From the NCBI GenBank assembly GCA_951406725.2, contig OX597814.1:143034001-143098000 (forward strand): a stretch of 64,000 bases of DNA, written 5' to 3'. This stretch comes from Octopus vulgaris. Lineage: Eukaryota. Position 1 is the first letter of the stretch, and each line of letters opens with the position of its first letter. Both the position numbers and the translations under genes were made by a program. The notes beneath the pieces were generated by a model. That model saw nothing but the letters and a program-made list of their open reading frames with translations, was not told where the DNA came from and searched no databases. Below are positions 15,118-29,734 of the stretch, in pieces.

Positions 15118-15738
15118 CACGATAATAATGATGATGATGATGAATGTATCACAACAACGAAAGGGAAATTTGTTCAAACTAAGACAGCATGCAGCAGCTG
15201 AGAACTCGATATAAAAAGTAAACGGGGGAAAAAAAATGGACAGAAGATAAATAAGCCTTCAGCATTAATGACATCTACATGACAAATTAGGTGAAACTAT
15301 CTACATAATTGTATTTCGGTGAAATATTTATTTCAAAATTCAGAATGAAAAGAAATTAACTCAGTAAACATTCTGAGCAACGAGAAGTTAATATTCATCA
15401 TACATACTAAATCAGAGAATAAGTTTAACTTTTTCCCTTTATGAGATTTGATTCGAAGATGTCGGTCGTGTCCATTGTCTACGCGGGTCTTTTCAGTGGA
15501 ATGAGGATTGATGCTGTTAATATTTCTCTTTATCTCTTGTTAATTGATGACTGCGAGGGAAATACATAAGCAAGCAGAAAATTCACGGAGTAGTGCAGAT
15601 GTTCTGGGATTGTTCCGGAATCTGTGGTGGGCACATAGAATGAGTGATGGGAGAAAGAGAGAGACAGTTGAATCAGGAATGTCAGAGCATTGATAGTGGT
15701 GGTGATGATGGTGGTGGTGGTAGCTTAGAACCTGCCGT

Positions 15739-16180
15739 AAGGCAGAGAGCTGGCAGAAGCGTTAGCACGCCGGACGAAATGCTTAACAGTATTTCGTCTG
15801 TCTTTATGTTTTGAGTTCAAATTCCGCCGAGGTCGACTTTACCTTTCATCCTTTCGGGATCGATAAATTAAGTACCAGTTGCGTACTGGAGACAATCTCA
15901 TCGACTGGCCCCCTCCCCCAAAATTTCGGACCTTGTGCCTAGAGTAGAAAAGAATATTTCTTAAAGGCGGCGAGCTGGCAGAAACGTTAGCACGCCGGGC
16001 GAAATGCTTAACAGTATTTCGTTTGTCTTTACGTTCTGAGTTCAAATTCTGCGGAGGTAGTCTTTGCCTTTCATCCTTTCGGGGTCGATAAATTAAGTAC
16101 CAGTTGCGTACTGGGGTCAATCTAATCGACTGGCCCCCTCCCCACAAATTTCGGGCCTTATGCCTAGTGTAGAAAAGAGT
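15739..16180 (+). mobile_element. SINE family B, two full copies in tandem
   Basis: Two AAGGC..GAGCTGGCAGAA heads (~15739 and ~15964), each ending in GTGCCTAG.GTAGAAAAG. Confidence 0.85.
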
Positions 16181-16696
16181 ATAGAACCTGCCCGTTTCCA
16201 AAGAGCAGAAGTTGCAGTTGAAGAAACAATAGTTAAGGGGTAAAAAAAAAAGAAGCGGACGCAGCACATCTGAAGACCAAAATTTGGAGTAGGCTATTGT
16301 TGCGATCAGATCAAGCCTGAAAGAAAATCTATATAAAAAGTGCCGGTCTTTTAAAAATCGTTGTTCCAAATTTCAATATGTATGCTTTGTTGTCATAAAA
16401 CTTGATAGTTTTCGTTATTTTTGTGCGTGTGTGTTTAATGTCCGTAAAAACACGTTCGTTCTGGTCATTCAGCCTCAGGTCAGCTATGCTCAAAAAGGAC
16501 TATAGTTACGCAGATAGTCGTTCAAACAACGAAACGCAACAGCGATGCATTCTCCTAGTTACACCCTGTCACCAACTATTTGAGGAGAGTACAACACACT
16601 CCGACATACATAAATCAAAAGAGGTGCAGTGTAGCATTTTTGGCATATTGCATCTTCCCTACAATTAAATCTGTTTTTATAAGCTCCTACAGTCTA

Positions 16697-16984
16697 GTAG
16701 TGGCCACAACGGCGGGCTCTGTAGTGGGCACAACGGTGGGTTCGGTAGTGGTCACAACGGAGGGCTCGGTAGTGGCCACAATGGCGGGATCGGTAGTGGC
16801 CACAACAGCAGGCTCGGTAGTGGCAACAACGGCGGGCTCTGTGGTTGCCACAACGGCAAGCTTGGCAGTGGTCGCAACGGCGAGCATGGTAGTGGCCACA
16901 ACTGCAGGATCTGCAGTGGCCACAACGGCGGGCTCTGTAGTGGTCACAACGGCGGACTCGGTAGTGGCCACAACGGCGGACTCG
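16697..16984. repeat. 24-bp GC-rich minisatellite, 12 units
   Basis: Unit GTAGTGGCCACAACGGCGGGCTCG with substitutions but no indels (288 bp). Confidence 0.9.
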
Positions 16985-18756
16985 GTTAGAGTGTGAAGCT
17001 GTTGTTATTTTGTAATTATTGTCCGTGGTATGAGTCCCAGCACTGAGACCAGTGGCGATGTTACAGTTACTTTCGTGCGTAATTATTTTTCTTTTAGTCT
17101 GTGCAAAGCGGAACAGACAGTGTTGCTGTTGTGTTTGTAGTGTTCAAGGTAAGGTTGAAAGTACTTTTATTTTGTAACTTCAAGGCTGAAGCTTGCTGTG
17201 ACAATAAACAATGTCCTACACGTGTAAAGGCCAACAATTACTTTATTTTATCCTATTTTTATTTGTTAAGAAGGCTGGGTTTTTTTAGGTGTGGTCTGAA
17301 TGTAACATATCATTAAGGTTATTCTTTTCAAAAACTTTTTAAGTTTGCAAAGAGCAGTACTAGGTGTGTATGACGTTACTACACTCGAGTGTTTTTGCTG
17401 GGCTTAACAATTATCATGACTTTGCACAGTTTCTATTGTCACCTTTCTTATCAACAACAACTCCAGCTAACATCGAATGCAACTAAACGTCACAATCAAC
17501 GTCATAAACAAGCCAGACGGACGCAAGCGTACACATACACACACCAAAAGAGAAAAAATACTAGTTACATATGCCACCCTCGCACTTTTCGTAGCACTCA
17601 TAGAAAAGTTGCAGAGGTTGTTGGGTGAAGTGATTCCTGCAAGCCTTGATGCGTTTTACTTTTTAGATTTCCATATTGCTTTTTTGGATGTCTAACGGAT
17701 GATGTAGGCAGAAGGCACGTATTTTCGGTTTTGTGTTTATTTGTTGTGTGACTTCTGATGCCTGATTTTCGAGAACTGTCTGATAAGGGCTTATTCTTGT
17801 TATTGTAGCGGGGGTATGTTATTTGAGATATTTATTGTTATAAAGGGTGTGGTATGACTATTGTTGTCGTTGGGAGGGTATATAGAAACATTTGAAACGC
17901 TGTAGACATTACTGAAGAAAAAATATAGATATGAACTAGAAATTAAAAATGGCGATGTTATCTCAGTAAATATCGCTCTCCTCACAGAATTCCATTCATT
18001 TTTCCCTATAGGTATGCGACTTATATTAAATTACAGTTTTGGTCTTAAAGCTTAAATCATTCTTTTTCATATGGACTTTTAGAGACTACGTTAGAGTACG
18101 ATTCCAAACTTGATTAGGAGCGATATTTTGTCAAAAAGCAAGAGAATTTCCCACGACTAAGTTAGGGTATAAATATCATGTATTAAGAAAGAGTGTCAGT
18201 CGAATAATTCTTACTGTGGCGCTTGGGGGTGATTTGATCGAGGTTGAAACAATTTAAGGATACTAGTCTTCTCAGAATGAACAACAAAAGGGAACACTAA
18301 GTAGAGAATTTCTACAGGACTGTCGTTCTACATGCTAGAAATAGCAAGTGTCCTTCAATTAACTTACTGTTATTTTCATAAAGAAAGAACACAGTAGAAA
18401 ATGCAGACATTGATATATAATGTCTGAAAAAGACGGATGGTCATAACTGGAATATTTGTAATCATAGGTTGCTGGAAATAAATATAAAAGCAACAAAAGA
18501 GAACACGGTTTACCACCTTGTTATATTTAAAAATTCAGTTTTTAGCAAGGATGACCAAAAAAAAAAAAAATCAAACTGCTTAGCGGTATTTCGTCTGTCT
18601 TCACGTTCTGGGTCGACTTTACTCTTCATCTTTTCGGGATCGATAAATTAAATACCTGTTACGCACTGGGATTGATGATGTAATCGACTTAATCCCTTCT
18701 CCCAAATTTGAGGCCTTGTGCTTTCAATAGAAAGAACTTGCAGATTTATTACCGTA

Positions 18757-18921
18757 GGCGCAGGAGTGGCTGTGTGGTAAGTAGCTTGTCTACCAACCAC
18801 ATGGTTCCGGGTTCAGTCCCACTGCGTGGCACCTTGGGCAAGTGTCTTCTACTATAGCCTCGGGCCGACCAAAGCCTTGTGAGTGGATTTGGTAGACGGA
18901 AACTGAAAGAAGCCCGGCGTA

Positions 18922-18967
<46 letters not shown>

Positions 18968-19205
18968 TATATGCGTGTGTGTGTTTGTGTGTGTGTGTGT
19001 TTGTTCCCTAGCATTGCTTGACAACCAATGCTGGTGTGTTTATGTCCCCGTTACTTAGCGGTTCGACAAAAGAGACCGATAGAATAAGTACTGGGCTTAC
19101 AAAAGAATAAGTCCCGGGGTCGAGTTGCTCGATTAAAGGCGGTGCTCCAGCATGGCCGCAGTCAAATGACTGAAACAAGTAAAAGAGCAAAAGAGAGTAA
19201 AGAGT
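18757..19205 (+). mobile_element. SINE family A, full length
   Basis: Near-identical to 12202-12620. Confidence 0.9.
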
Positions 19206-19899
19206 ACCGAAAAAATATACTTAGCAGCATTTCTTCCGACTTAAGTCCTGAGTTCAAATCTGGCCAGGGACGACTTTGCCTTTTATCATTCCGGAGTCGA
19301 AAGTAACAATTTAACACTGAGCTTGATATAATCGACAGAAACTCTTCCCACAAATTACTACCCTTGTACCAAACTTTGAAACCAAGAGAAAGGGGAAGAA
19401 GCAAGAGAGAGGAACAATATCTAGATTACTGGCTGTAACCTCCACATATTTTTGTTACAAACACTGAATGGATTTGTGAAAGACAGTAGGAAGGACACGT
19501 TCCTTTAAATGTAACGAAATTTCTTCATTAAACTTAAAAAATAAGAACAAAACACCAGATACTGAAGAACACATCATCCTATATAAAATTAAATCATATT
19601 TTTCATAATTTTATATGTGCAGTGTTTCTATTGACAAAATTATTAAAGAATTTGGTTTGTGTTTTTTTCTTTGTAATAGGAATATTCCAAACACATTACG
19701 TGACGCCCATGGCAACTATCTGAGTTAACTCTAGCTTCAGCTGGACTTCTTTATACGAAAGTATGATCAGTAACTTTAGATAGATCCAAACAGGAGAAAG
19801 TTAAAAGTCAATATGGAATGAATAATTACCAGAATGCTACCACGTTACAGAATCTATGAGACGACGATGCTAAGATTCAAGAAAGATGTGAATATACAG

Positions 19900-20300
19900 A
19901 TGGCGTCTCTGAATAATTAATGAAATAAAATTCTTTGGTAAGAATATAGATAAAAAAAAGCAAGTGCTCATGAGACTGTTGTAGAGGAACTTAAACTAAG
20001 AAACAAAAATTAAGATAAAAGGTTTAAATCGATTGACAGGAAATAAAATACATAGGCATAGAATGACAAAATAAAGACACCGTGAATGAAAAGAGATTGT
20101 TGAAAGGCGTAAAGAACTACAGACCATAAACAATTATGAATTTACAAAGATATAAAGAGTGGTTCAACGGAAGCTGAAAAAATTAGGAGTTACACTTAGT
20201 TTATTTAAAATAAAAAGCTCTGCTGAATAGGATGACGGCTACTAAACAGCTAAATAGTTTGAGACCATAGACAAATTTGTGGAGTTCTGGAAAAGTAGAG
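19900..20300 (+). pseudogene. Possible highly decayed RLE-type non-LTR N-terminal fragment
   Basis: A-rich sequence with remnants NKIHRHR.. and ETIDKFVEFWKS; weak similarity only. Confidence 0.25.
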
Positions 20301-20312
20301 AAAAGAACGCAT

Positions 20313-20321
20313 GTCATCATT

Positions 20322-20384
<63 letters not shown>

Positions 20385-20402
20385 GTCGTCGTCGTCGTCA
20401 TC

Positions 20403-20440
<38 letters not shown>

Positions 20441-20460
20441 CATTATTATTGTTATTATTA
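20313..20460. repeat. (ATC)n-(GTC)n-(ATT)n microsatellite
   Basis: Directly visible. Confidence 0.95.
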
Positions 20461-20671
20461 GGCGGTGAGCTGGCAGAATCGTTAGCACGTTGGACGAAAT
20501 GCCTAGTGGTAATTCGCCCGTCGCTACGTTCTGAGTTCAAATTCTGCTGAGGTCGACTTTGCCTTTCATCCTTTTGGGGACGATAAATTAAGCACTATTT
20601 GCTTACTGGGGTCGATTTAATCGACTGCCCGCTCCTCCCCAAATTTTCCCGTTGTGCCTATAGTAGAAAGG

Positions 20672-20721
<50 letters not shown>

Positions 20722-20930
20722 GGCGGCGAGCTGGAAGAATCGTTAGCACACCGGACGAAATGCATAGCGGTATTTCGACCGTCGCTACGTTCTGAGTTCA
20801 AATACCGCTGAGGTTGTCTTTGTCTTTCATCCTTTAGGGATCGATAAATTACCAGTGAATCACTGGGGTCGATGTAATCGACTAGTCCCCTTCCTCAATT
20901 TCAGGACTTGTGCCTTCAGTAGCAAGGATT
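20460..20930 (+). mobile_element. Two SINE family B copies separated by an (ATT)n tail
   Basis: Heads at 20460 and 20720. Confidence 0.85.
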
Positions 20931-20974
20931 AATTTTATTTATCAACGCCCTTTGCTGTCCTTCGAGACCTGTGA

Positions 20975-21625
20975 GATGGATATGGTTAACATTCCTCTAG
21001 AACATTTGTCAGTTAGCAGCTACAGGAAAGATATATACTAGGATAGAATTCAAGAGATTAGACATTCAGAGATAGAAAAATTAGGGACAGAGACTAGTGC
21101 GTGGCTTGGGTGTGAGTGAGACACCAATATGTGTCATAAGACAGGAGAGATGAAATAGTTGGTTGAGCCTGAGTGGAGGTGGTACAAAACCGACCTACTC
21201 CGAAGAGCAGAGGCCAATGTAGTAGCTGTCGAAAAGGCAGAGATGAGACACAGTACGTTTGTGGGTCAGACACTGGGGTGTGTTGAGTGAATTCGTGCCA
21301 ATCAATCAATTAGCCTTTCTTTACATACTGTCTAAGATCTCCATGCATGTAACAGTTACACCAATGTAGGAGAAGTACACTCAATTGTAAGTCTCACGTT
21401 TTCTTTGCAAAGAGTAAACAGATTTTGTGAACTGTTGTATTTTCTGACTCGCAAGAGGAAGGCCAAGCTTGATGTTGTCATGGAGGAACAGAATATCATA
21501 GAATTTAGAGAGGAAGAACATGTATGTTAGATCATATGTATATTTTAGAGGATGGGTGTACCAGATCAAGTGCGTGAGGTTTGATAAGAGAGATGATAGA
21601 CAAATGGTAGTTGGGGATGGGAAGT
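20975..21625 (-). pseudogene. Decayed CR1-clade LINE 3' fragment
   Basis: Frameshifted minus remnant ILDSM/RKAN*LIGTNSL..LTHKRTVSHLCLFDSYYIGLCSSE resembles the CR1 ORF2 C-terminus. Confidence 0.5.
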
Positions 21626-23746
21626 GTGAGCTGTCGAGAGAAAAAAAAACTCATAAATAATCGCCGAATCTCAATTACATAGAAATGTCTGCGAGGATAC
21701 AATTACTCTCTTGTTAGATTCAGCTTGAGTGAAGTACCAATGGCAATACTACTTGAAAAACAAGTGATTACAGCATGGGATCTCCAAGAGATAGAAGTGT
21801 CAAAAAACAAGAACAAAAACAAACATAGTCTGTTCATTGACGGTCGTCTGTGTGACTCAAAGGGAAAAACCACTCACAGCTGGAAATTGCAAAGGGTATC
21901 GTAGTGCAAATTTACCATGACACAAAAGCACGCCACGGTGTCAAAAATATGTAAATAAAAGGAAAATAATGAAAGCAACAGGATTAGATATATTCCCAGA
22001 AGGAAAAGAATCTCTTGAACTAGGAAAATTCGAAGCTTGAACTTTTTTTTTCTTTCTTTTGCTTTTTCGTTTTTGGTTGTGAACAAACTGAAAAGACAGA
22101 CAAAGTAAAGACAATCACGACTGAAATCCGAGTAAACACTTTGATTTTCGATCAACATTAGGGGCAAACTATAAACTAGAAGCTTGTTATGTGACGAATT
22201 TGGTTTAATTAAGTAAAGAAGATCCATAACAGTTGAATTGAATCGACAAGAGAATCCCGAGAGAAAGAGAGAGAGAGAGCCACATGATCAGAAACTGATG
22301 AACTTTATGATATTCAAACAAAAGGGTAAAAAAAAAAAAGGAAGAAGGGAAGATCCAAGGAGCCAAAGGCCTGAAAGACATAAAAATGTTCATTCAAAAG
22401 AACACAGCATGAAGTGTCATGCTATATGCTCATTAAAGAGTATAAATGGTTAGGAACTGCATGAAGTCGAGAATCGGGGAAAGAATATTGGTCTATTAAA
22501 CAGGCGATATTATTCTCAGCATCACAGAAGTGATTGCTGTTGTTTGTTGTTTAATCCCAGGTTAAACTTGATTTAGAAGATGTATGACCAGAGACTTTCG
22601 TACCTCGACTCTCTTGTGATTTTACGTGACATTTAGAATTGCTTTATCTAATGTATCCATTCTGGCTCTTAAGTTTGTGAGTTCAAATTCCGTCGAGGTC
22701 GTCTTTGCGTTTCATTCTTTTCGTGATCGATAGAATAAGTACCAGTTGATCACTGGGGTCGATGTAACTGACTTGCCCTCATTCCCAAATCGCTGGCCTT
22801 GTGCCATAATTAGAAACCATTATCTATTGTATCCTTTCCTCCTTTTTTTTAAAACGGTGGGGTACGATTTGAGGGGGATTTAAATACTATTTCTAGTTGA
22901 TCGAGTGGCTGTAGAGGCCCACTCGTTATTGGAGAAGTGGTCCTTGTTTTATAAAACAGGGCCAGTTCTGGTCAAATAACCCTATAAACACGCTGGAAGT
23001 CGACCAAACAATGAGATTAATTTTCCTCATCATAACACGTATCCATCTAATTGGAGTCCATTCACATGATCCAACATGCATTGGTGAAACACACATGGTG
23101 CAATGAAACAATCTGAACATACTACACACTATTCACTCTCCAGCCTAATTATATATGCACATGGAGTCTGATTGTGACTTTAGAAGTGATGGGCAAGGTG
23201 AACTTGGTTAACTCAAGACAGTTCCTGTTTCTCTACCGTATATATACTTAACGATAAAGTGAGAAGGGAAGAAACATCTTATGTTCTTTCACAGGGTGTG
23301 TGAGACGGGTGGAAAAGAAGAAGGAGCTTTTAAACGAGAATCTTGTTCAAATGTTTTCAACAATGTGAACTTTATTAAAGGTCCTAGCGGTACCAGATAG
23401 TGTTGTTAAACTAGGCAATAGATTAACTCTAACACCTATGGAGATTTCAGCGGGATTTGAACTCAGAGCGTAAACAAACGAAATATCGCGCAAAGCCTCT
23501 TGTATAAGGTACTTACAGTTTCACCCATTCACCGTTCTTGGCAGGTATTTTTTTTTATCACTCTGAAAGCATTGACCTTGACGAAATTTGAACTCAGATC
23601 GCAGTGTATCAGAACAAATAACGCCTGATATTCTGTCCGGCACTCGAAAGACTCTTCCAATTCACCGCCGATATATTGTTGGTGGTGTACATCGCAGGAC
23701 AGTGCTTGGGGCCCAGTGAAGTTATTGATATTACACTTATTTCTTG

Positions 23747-24070
23747 GTGAAAGCGCGTGGCTTGATGGTTAGGGTATTCGTCTCACGGTTTAAGGTCGTA
23801 AGTTCGATTTCTGGCAGCGCGTTATGTCATTGAGGAATACACCTTATTTCACGATGCTCCAGTCCCTCAGCTGGCAAAATTGAGTTGTATCTGTAAGTCA
23901 AAGGGCTAACCTTGTCTCATTCTGTGTCACGTTAAATCTTCCTGAGAACTACGTGAAGACTATGCGTGTTTGTGGAGTGCTCAGCCAATAGCACATTAAT
24001 TTCCCACGTAGGCTGTTCCGTTCATCGGATCAACTGGAACCCTCATCGTCGTAACCGACGGAGAGCCAGT
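23747..24070 (+). mobile_element. tRNA-derived SINE family C
   Basis: Head GCGCGTGGCTTGATGGTTAGG..AGTTCGATTTC; shares the GCTCCAGTCC core with the copies at 38570 and 41862. Confidence 0.7.
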
Positions 24071-24559
24071 GTATGGGTGATAGCTAAGACTTTGCTTATG
24101 GTACGTTGTTGATGTATTTCTCTGGGTCACTGCACCTGTGTCTCTGTTTTAGAATGATTTTTGTTCGTGAAATGACAAGGACGGTGAACTCCTAAATTTT
24201 CTGCAACAACAAACTGCGCACTTCACATATTCAATAGGTCTTTTATAATATAGTAATTTTGTTTCGTTGCATTGTTGTTCTGTGGGTGTGATCTGTGTAC
24301 AACCATTTATGATACGTAATATGCTGTTTTGTGTCCTTTATTTTTCATTGTAGGTTGTTGTGCAGTGACTTGCAGAACTAGAATAGGCTTTGATGGATCT
24401 GATGGTATACCATTAGTTTTTGTTCCTTTCTGTTGGTCAAATATGTACATGTGGTTACCCCTAAACATAGTGTGGGCATCGTTTTGCTTTCTCTCTGTTT
24501 ATTTACTGACCTCTACGTGTATTGTTGAAATCGTGGAGCTGTATGTAACTTCTATTTTG

Positions 24560-24648
24560 TCTTCTCTCTCTCTCTTCAAACACACACATACACGCATACA
24601 CACACACTCTCTATCACACACGCGCTCACACACACACATACACACACA

Positions 24649-24706
<58 letters not shown>

Positions 24707-25045
24707 TACACATGCTCTCTCTCTCTCTCTCAGACACGTGCTCACATACAAGCACACACAACGCACTCTCTCTCTTTCACACACACATGCTATCTCTCTC
24801 ACACACACGCACTCACACACATGCACATACAACTCTTTCTCTCTCTCTCTCACACACACATTCTCTCTCTCTCTCTCTCACACACACACATTCTCTTTCT
24901 CTCTCTCTCTCATACACACACATTCACATGCTCTCTCTCTCTTACATACGCCCACTCTCTCTCTCTCATACACGCAATCTCTCATACGCGCGCTCTCACA
25001 CAGTATGTGTGTGTGTGTGTGTGCGTGCGCGCGTGCATGTGTGTA
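24560..25045. repeat. (CT)n/(CA)n compound microsatellite
   Basis: Directly visible. Confidence 0.95.
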
Positions 25046-25809
25046 GTATGTATATGTTTATGTCGTTGAGTATTGTACGATGGTTGCTTGTTTTTGATAT
25101 TCACGGGTGTTGTTGCTACAAAAGAAAACTGGATTTCATCGTTATAGGGAAATCTAATTCAGTGGAAAAAGAACGAGTGGTAAACAGATGGAAGGAAATC
25201 TAGAGAAATCCTACAAAAGAAACATCAAAGCAGTTTAGAAGAATTAAAACATCAAACTGTATAGTGAAGTCTTTGTTTCGTTTTTGTATTTGGCTTCTAA
25301 GATTCTTGATGTGAATTCATGTGTTGAAACAAGTTTTGATGTATCTCTGGAGGATCAGAAATTCAGAAACGAATTACAAAATATGTCGCAGGATCCCCCC
25401 AGTATATTGATGTATTCTTTAGATTTTTTTGTTATTTTCCTAACATAAGTTGTGTTGCTAATATTCAGTTCATATTTTGGCACAAGCCCATCGATTTTAG
25501 GAGAGGGAGTAAATTGATTACATCGACTCCAATGTTCAAATGGTACTTATTTTATACAGCCCGAAAAGATGAGGGGTAAAGTCGACCTTGGCGGAATTTG
25601 AAGTCAGAACGTAAAGACGGACGAAATGCCGCTAAGCATTTTGCTCGGCGTGCTCACGATTCTTATTTCTTTATTGACCACAAGGGGCTAAACATAGAGG
25701 GAACATGGTAAATCAACACCGACAAATTCTGTCCATATCAAAGAATGATTTCTGAAATTGGCGCAAAGCCACAAATTTAATGGAAAGGGAACTAATTAAT
25801 TTTATCTTA

Positions 25810-26000
25810 TCTGACAGGTGCTTTATCTTATAGATTCTTGAAGGGTGAAAAGAAGGGTGACAGGTACTTTATTTTATCGACTCTTGAAGCGTTAAAAGAA
25901 GGGTGACATATTTTATTTTATAGATTTTTGAAGGGTGGAAAGAAAGGTGACAGGTACTTTATTACATCGATGTTTGAAGCATGAAAAAGGTGACCTTAAT
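25810..26000. repeat. About four imperfect ~45-bp tandem repeats derived from a decayed SINE B segment
   Basis: TGACAGGTACTTTATTTTATCGA..TTGAAG..AAAAGAAGGG repeated. Confidence 0.6.
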
Positions 26001-27069
26001 AGAATTTTAAATCAAAACGTAAAACGCCATAATATAAATCACAAAATATTTTGTCCAACGCTGTAATGATTCTTCTAGTCCACTACTCTAAGAATGGTAA
26101 ATAATATAAATAAAAACTATATTATTCAGCTTTAGTTTAAAGGAGAAACTCGGTATTTTACACATAAAATGTGCGAAAAAATGAAGTGAGCGAAAGTCTG
26201 AACTGTGCATCGTAATCTTGCAAATAAACAGAAAGTGCGCAGGGGAACCCGAGATGAATACGTTTCATATCACATATATATTTTACTGCTATATTCTACT
26301 CACAAAATGAGATTAATAGAACATTGACATTACACATATGGTATTAGTGGGGAGACAAACAAGTTTCTGATTATCTTGAGAGCCTTTGTTTCGTTGCTAT
26401 ATCTAAGTAGAATACCTACCGAGAAGGGCTGTCAGAATTAAAAACCATCCCGGTACTATTCCACTAGATTTCTGACTGTGATTAAATATTACCTACTGCA
26501 GCAGTTTATATCCAATCCTTTACGAAATCATAAAATTCATTCGCCTAGCTTTTCTTACATACCGAGGTTACGCACCAGAGTTAGCACACAGGTATTTTAG
26601 TAACATATCATGATATATATGTCGAATAGAAGCCATGTTGATTCGCATATGACAGTTGTTTAGGCCCAGGTCAGCTATGATCGAGCTGACTTTTGATCGG
26701 AATCTTTCCAGCCGGAAACAGACTAAACTTGCCCAAAGTGTTCTCTTTCTCTTTAGAATTGCAGGGTATGATTTGAAGGAGAGTTCGCAGCTAGATAGTG
26801 CTGGTAAACCTCCTAGAGATGGTAACCCTCCCTCCGATTACGCACCACTTACATTAATAAAAAAAATAAAATGAAAGGGGCACATTAGATAATGTGCACC
26901 TCTTTATCCGTAAAAAAAAAACGGGATAATAACGACTGGTATAACTTTGAACACAAGGTTTGCTTGTTTAAGGTTGGCCTGCGGTAAACAACAACAAAAA
27001 AAAATACAACCAACTACGTTATGTATCATAGGGCTGACTTGGGGCCAAACAACAATAACAACATCAACA

Positions 27070-27243
<174 letters not shown>

Positions 27244-27818
27244 GCAGTACCAGGCAGAGGCATGCCCTGATGCAGTACCAGGCAGAGGCTCTCATGGCTT
27301 CTGATCTTAACTGATTGGAAGTGTTATCATGTACATTGTTCTGTCTTGGTATAAAAGATGGGCTACAGCAAATATTCTGCTCAATACCACAGATTTGCTT
27401 GTCAGTTGTTTGACTTTAACCAGTTGAGCATGTCCCTTAGTGGCTGACGATATGTGCATCTCTGATCACGAGCAGAAGTAGTGGGGGAGCATCATAGCCA
27501 TGTGTTGAGAGGGATTCTTTGGGGTTTGAATAATTCACCTCTGGGGACATGGGTGGGTTTTTCAACATCCTTAAACAACCCTTATTCAGGGACCGTTTGA
27601 GCGGGATGGGCTACTCAACCTGAAGAAAATTCTAACTGGGCCCCACCTGCAAGGTCATGTGCAGTTTATCTTGATATGAGATCACCATGCCGCGCACATA
27701 TGGTTGTGATGCATGTGCCTGGTGTGCCCTTATCAGACGGGTAGTCATGATGGGTATATTGGGCTTCGTATATTTTACCCCAGTGTCACTTTGATGGCAT
27801 GCTCTGCTCGCTCACTCA
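27244..27818 (+). mobile_element. Unclassified interspersed repeat inserted in (TAA)n and ending in (AAT)n
   Basis: Homologous to 10655-11170; 17-bp 5' duplication GCAGTACCAGGCAGAGG; (AAT)n on both sides. Confidence 0.75.
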
Positions 27819-28493
27819 ATAATAATAATAATAATAATAAAAGTAAATATAATAATAATTAAAGTGATAATAATACTAACAGTCTTTCTAATTGTGTTTC
27901 TGTCTCTTTTTAGATTGATATTTCTGCAAGTTACATTGTAACCTGAATCTTGTGAGAACCAGATGTTAATTAGCCGAAATGTCATTTAGAAATGAGAGAA
28001 ACTAGAATCTGTACGAGCTAACGAGAAAGGCCTCGAAGTGGACGCTCCATTTGCAAGAAATAGCTGCTAAATTACCTGCAAACCACACCCAGTCGTGTCG
28101 TGGGAAAAAAACGGGAGGTTAATGTTGTCTTGTCAACATTAAGCCTCAAAACAATGATGATACGCTCATAGCTTTGATTAAAAGTTTATCTAGTTAATTA
28201 AACAAGAAGGTGAACCTAAAAATATCATCGCAGAGTTTTTTTTTTCATATTTCTCATTTGAAGCTTGATGTTGTTTATATGTATGTAAAAGTATATGTGT
28301 GTGTGTGTGTGTATGTATATATACGTATATGTATATATATATATATGTGTGTGTGTGTGTATCTACATCTATCTATTTACAGACGCGTGCGCACGTGTGT
28401 GTATTTTCAAACATCCTATTTACGAATATTCAAAAAAATTTAATAAAACATATTATGTTGAATTACTTACTATATATGTGAATTTGAAAATAT

Positions 28494-28583
<90 letters not shown>

Positions 28584-28837
28584 CGTGGTGGTGGTGGTGG
28601 TGGTGGTGGTGGTGTGTGTGTGTGTGTGATTTTAATAATAATAATAATAATGATAATAATAATAATAATAATATTAATAATGATAATAATAATAATAATA
28701 ATAATACGTCGAAGAAGAAGATGAAGAAGAAGAAGTAGGAGGAGAAGAAGAAGCAGAAGAAGAAGAAGAAGAAGAAGAAGAAGAAGAAGAAGAAGAAGAA
28801 GAAGAAGAAGAAGAAGAAGAAGAAGAAGAAGAAGAAG

Positions 28838-29610
28838 ACCTGTGGCTATGGATGAGGAGAAGTGACCTGAGGATAGAGGCAGAAGCACTCATATTCGCAG
28901 CTCAGGAGCAAGCGTTATGGACCAATTATATGAAGTGCAGAGTTGACAACACTACCGATAGCGACAAATGCTGAATGTGTGGTGAGAAGGGTGAAACGGC
29001 ATTGCACATCGTTAGCGAATACCCGAAATTGGCACAACGTGAATACGAAAGACGCCATGACAATGTGACAAGAATGATCCAATGGGAGCTCTGTGGAAAT
29101 CACAGCCTACAAAGACGTGGTATGAGCGAATTTCAGAAGGAGTCACCGAAAATGAGAAATGCAAAATCCTGTGGGGCGCAATGATCCAGTGCGGTCAGAC
29201 ATCGAAAAACAGATATTGTTTTGGTGACTAAAAAAGAAAGAACATGTATGATAATCGTCATAGCATGCCCCAGTGATAAAGGGATCAATGTGAAAGAAGA
29301 AGAAACAAACAACTCAGACGATCTGAAATAGGAAATACGAAGGTTGTGGTCAATGAAGAGAGTAGATGTGATACCAAGAATAATTGGTGTACTTGGAAGT
29401 ATCAGCCCTCAACTACCAAAATGGCTGGAAAAGATTGGTGCAAGTGTGAAGGTAGAACATCCACAAAAATCAGCATTGCTTAGAACTGGAAGAATTCGCC
29501 GCAGGGTTCTTGAAGCATGACCAGTAAACAAGTGTCACCTTTGTCTGCTGGCTGTGGACAGCTCACACTTATCATCATGCCCAACAAAATAGGCCGTGAG
29601 TTTTCATCAA
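28838..29610 (+). mobile_element. 5'-truncated R4/Dong-type LINE
   Basis: WLWMRRSDLRIEAEALIFAAQEQAL..C*MCGEKGETALHIVSE..YERRHDN; 3' UTR followed by (AAT)n. Confidence 0.8.
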
Positions 29611-29622
29611 ATAATAATAATG

Positions 29623-29691
<69 letters not shown>

Positions 29692-29734
29692 GCAATGATA
29701 ATAATAATCAACGTGATAGTGGCAGGAGATCAAC

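Noticed and set aside
17770-17790. GAGAACTG..GATAAGGGC resembling miR-184
   Set aside because: Seed absent, internal insertion, no precursor hairpin.
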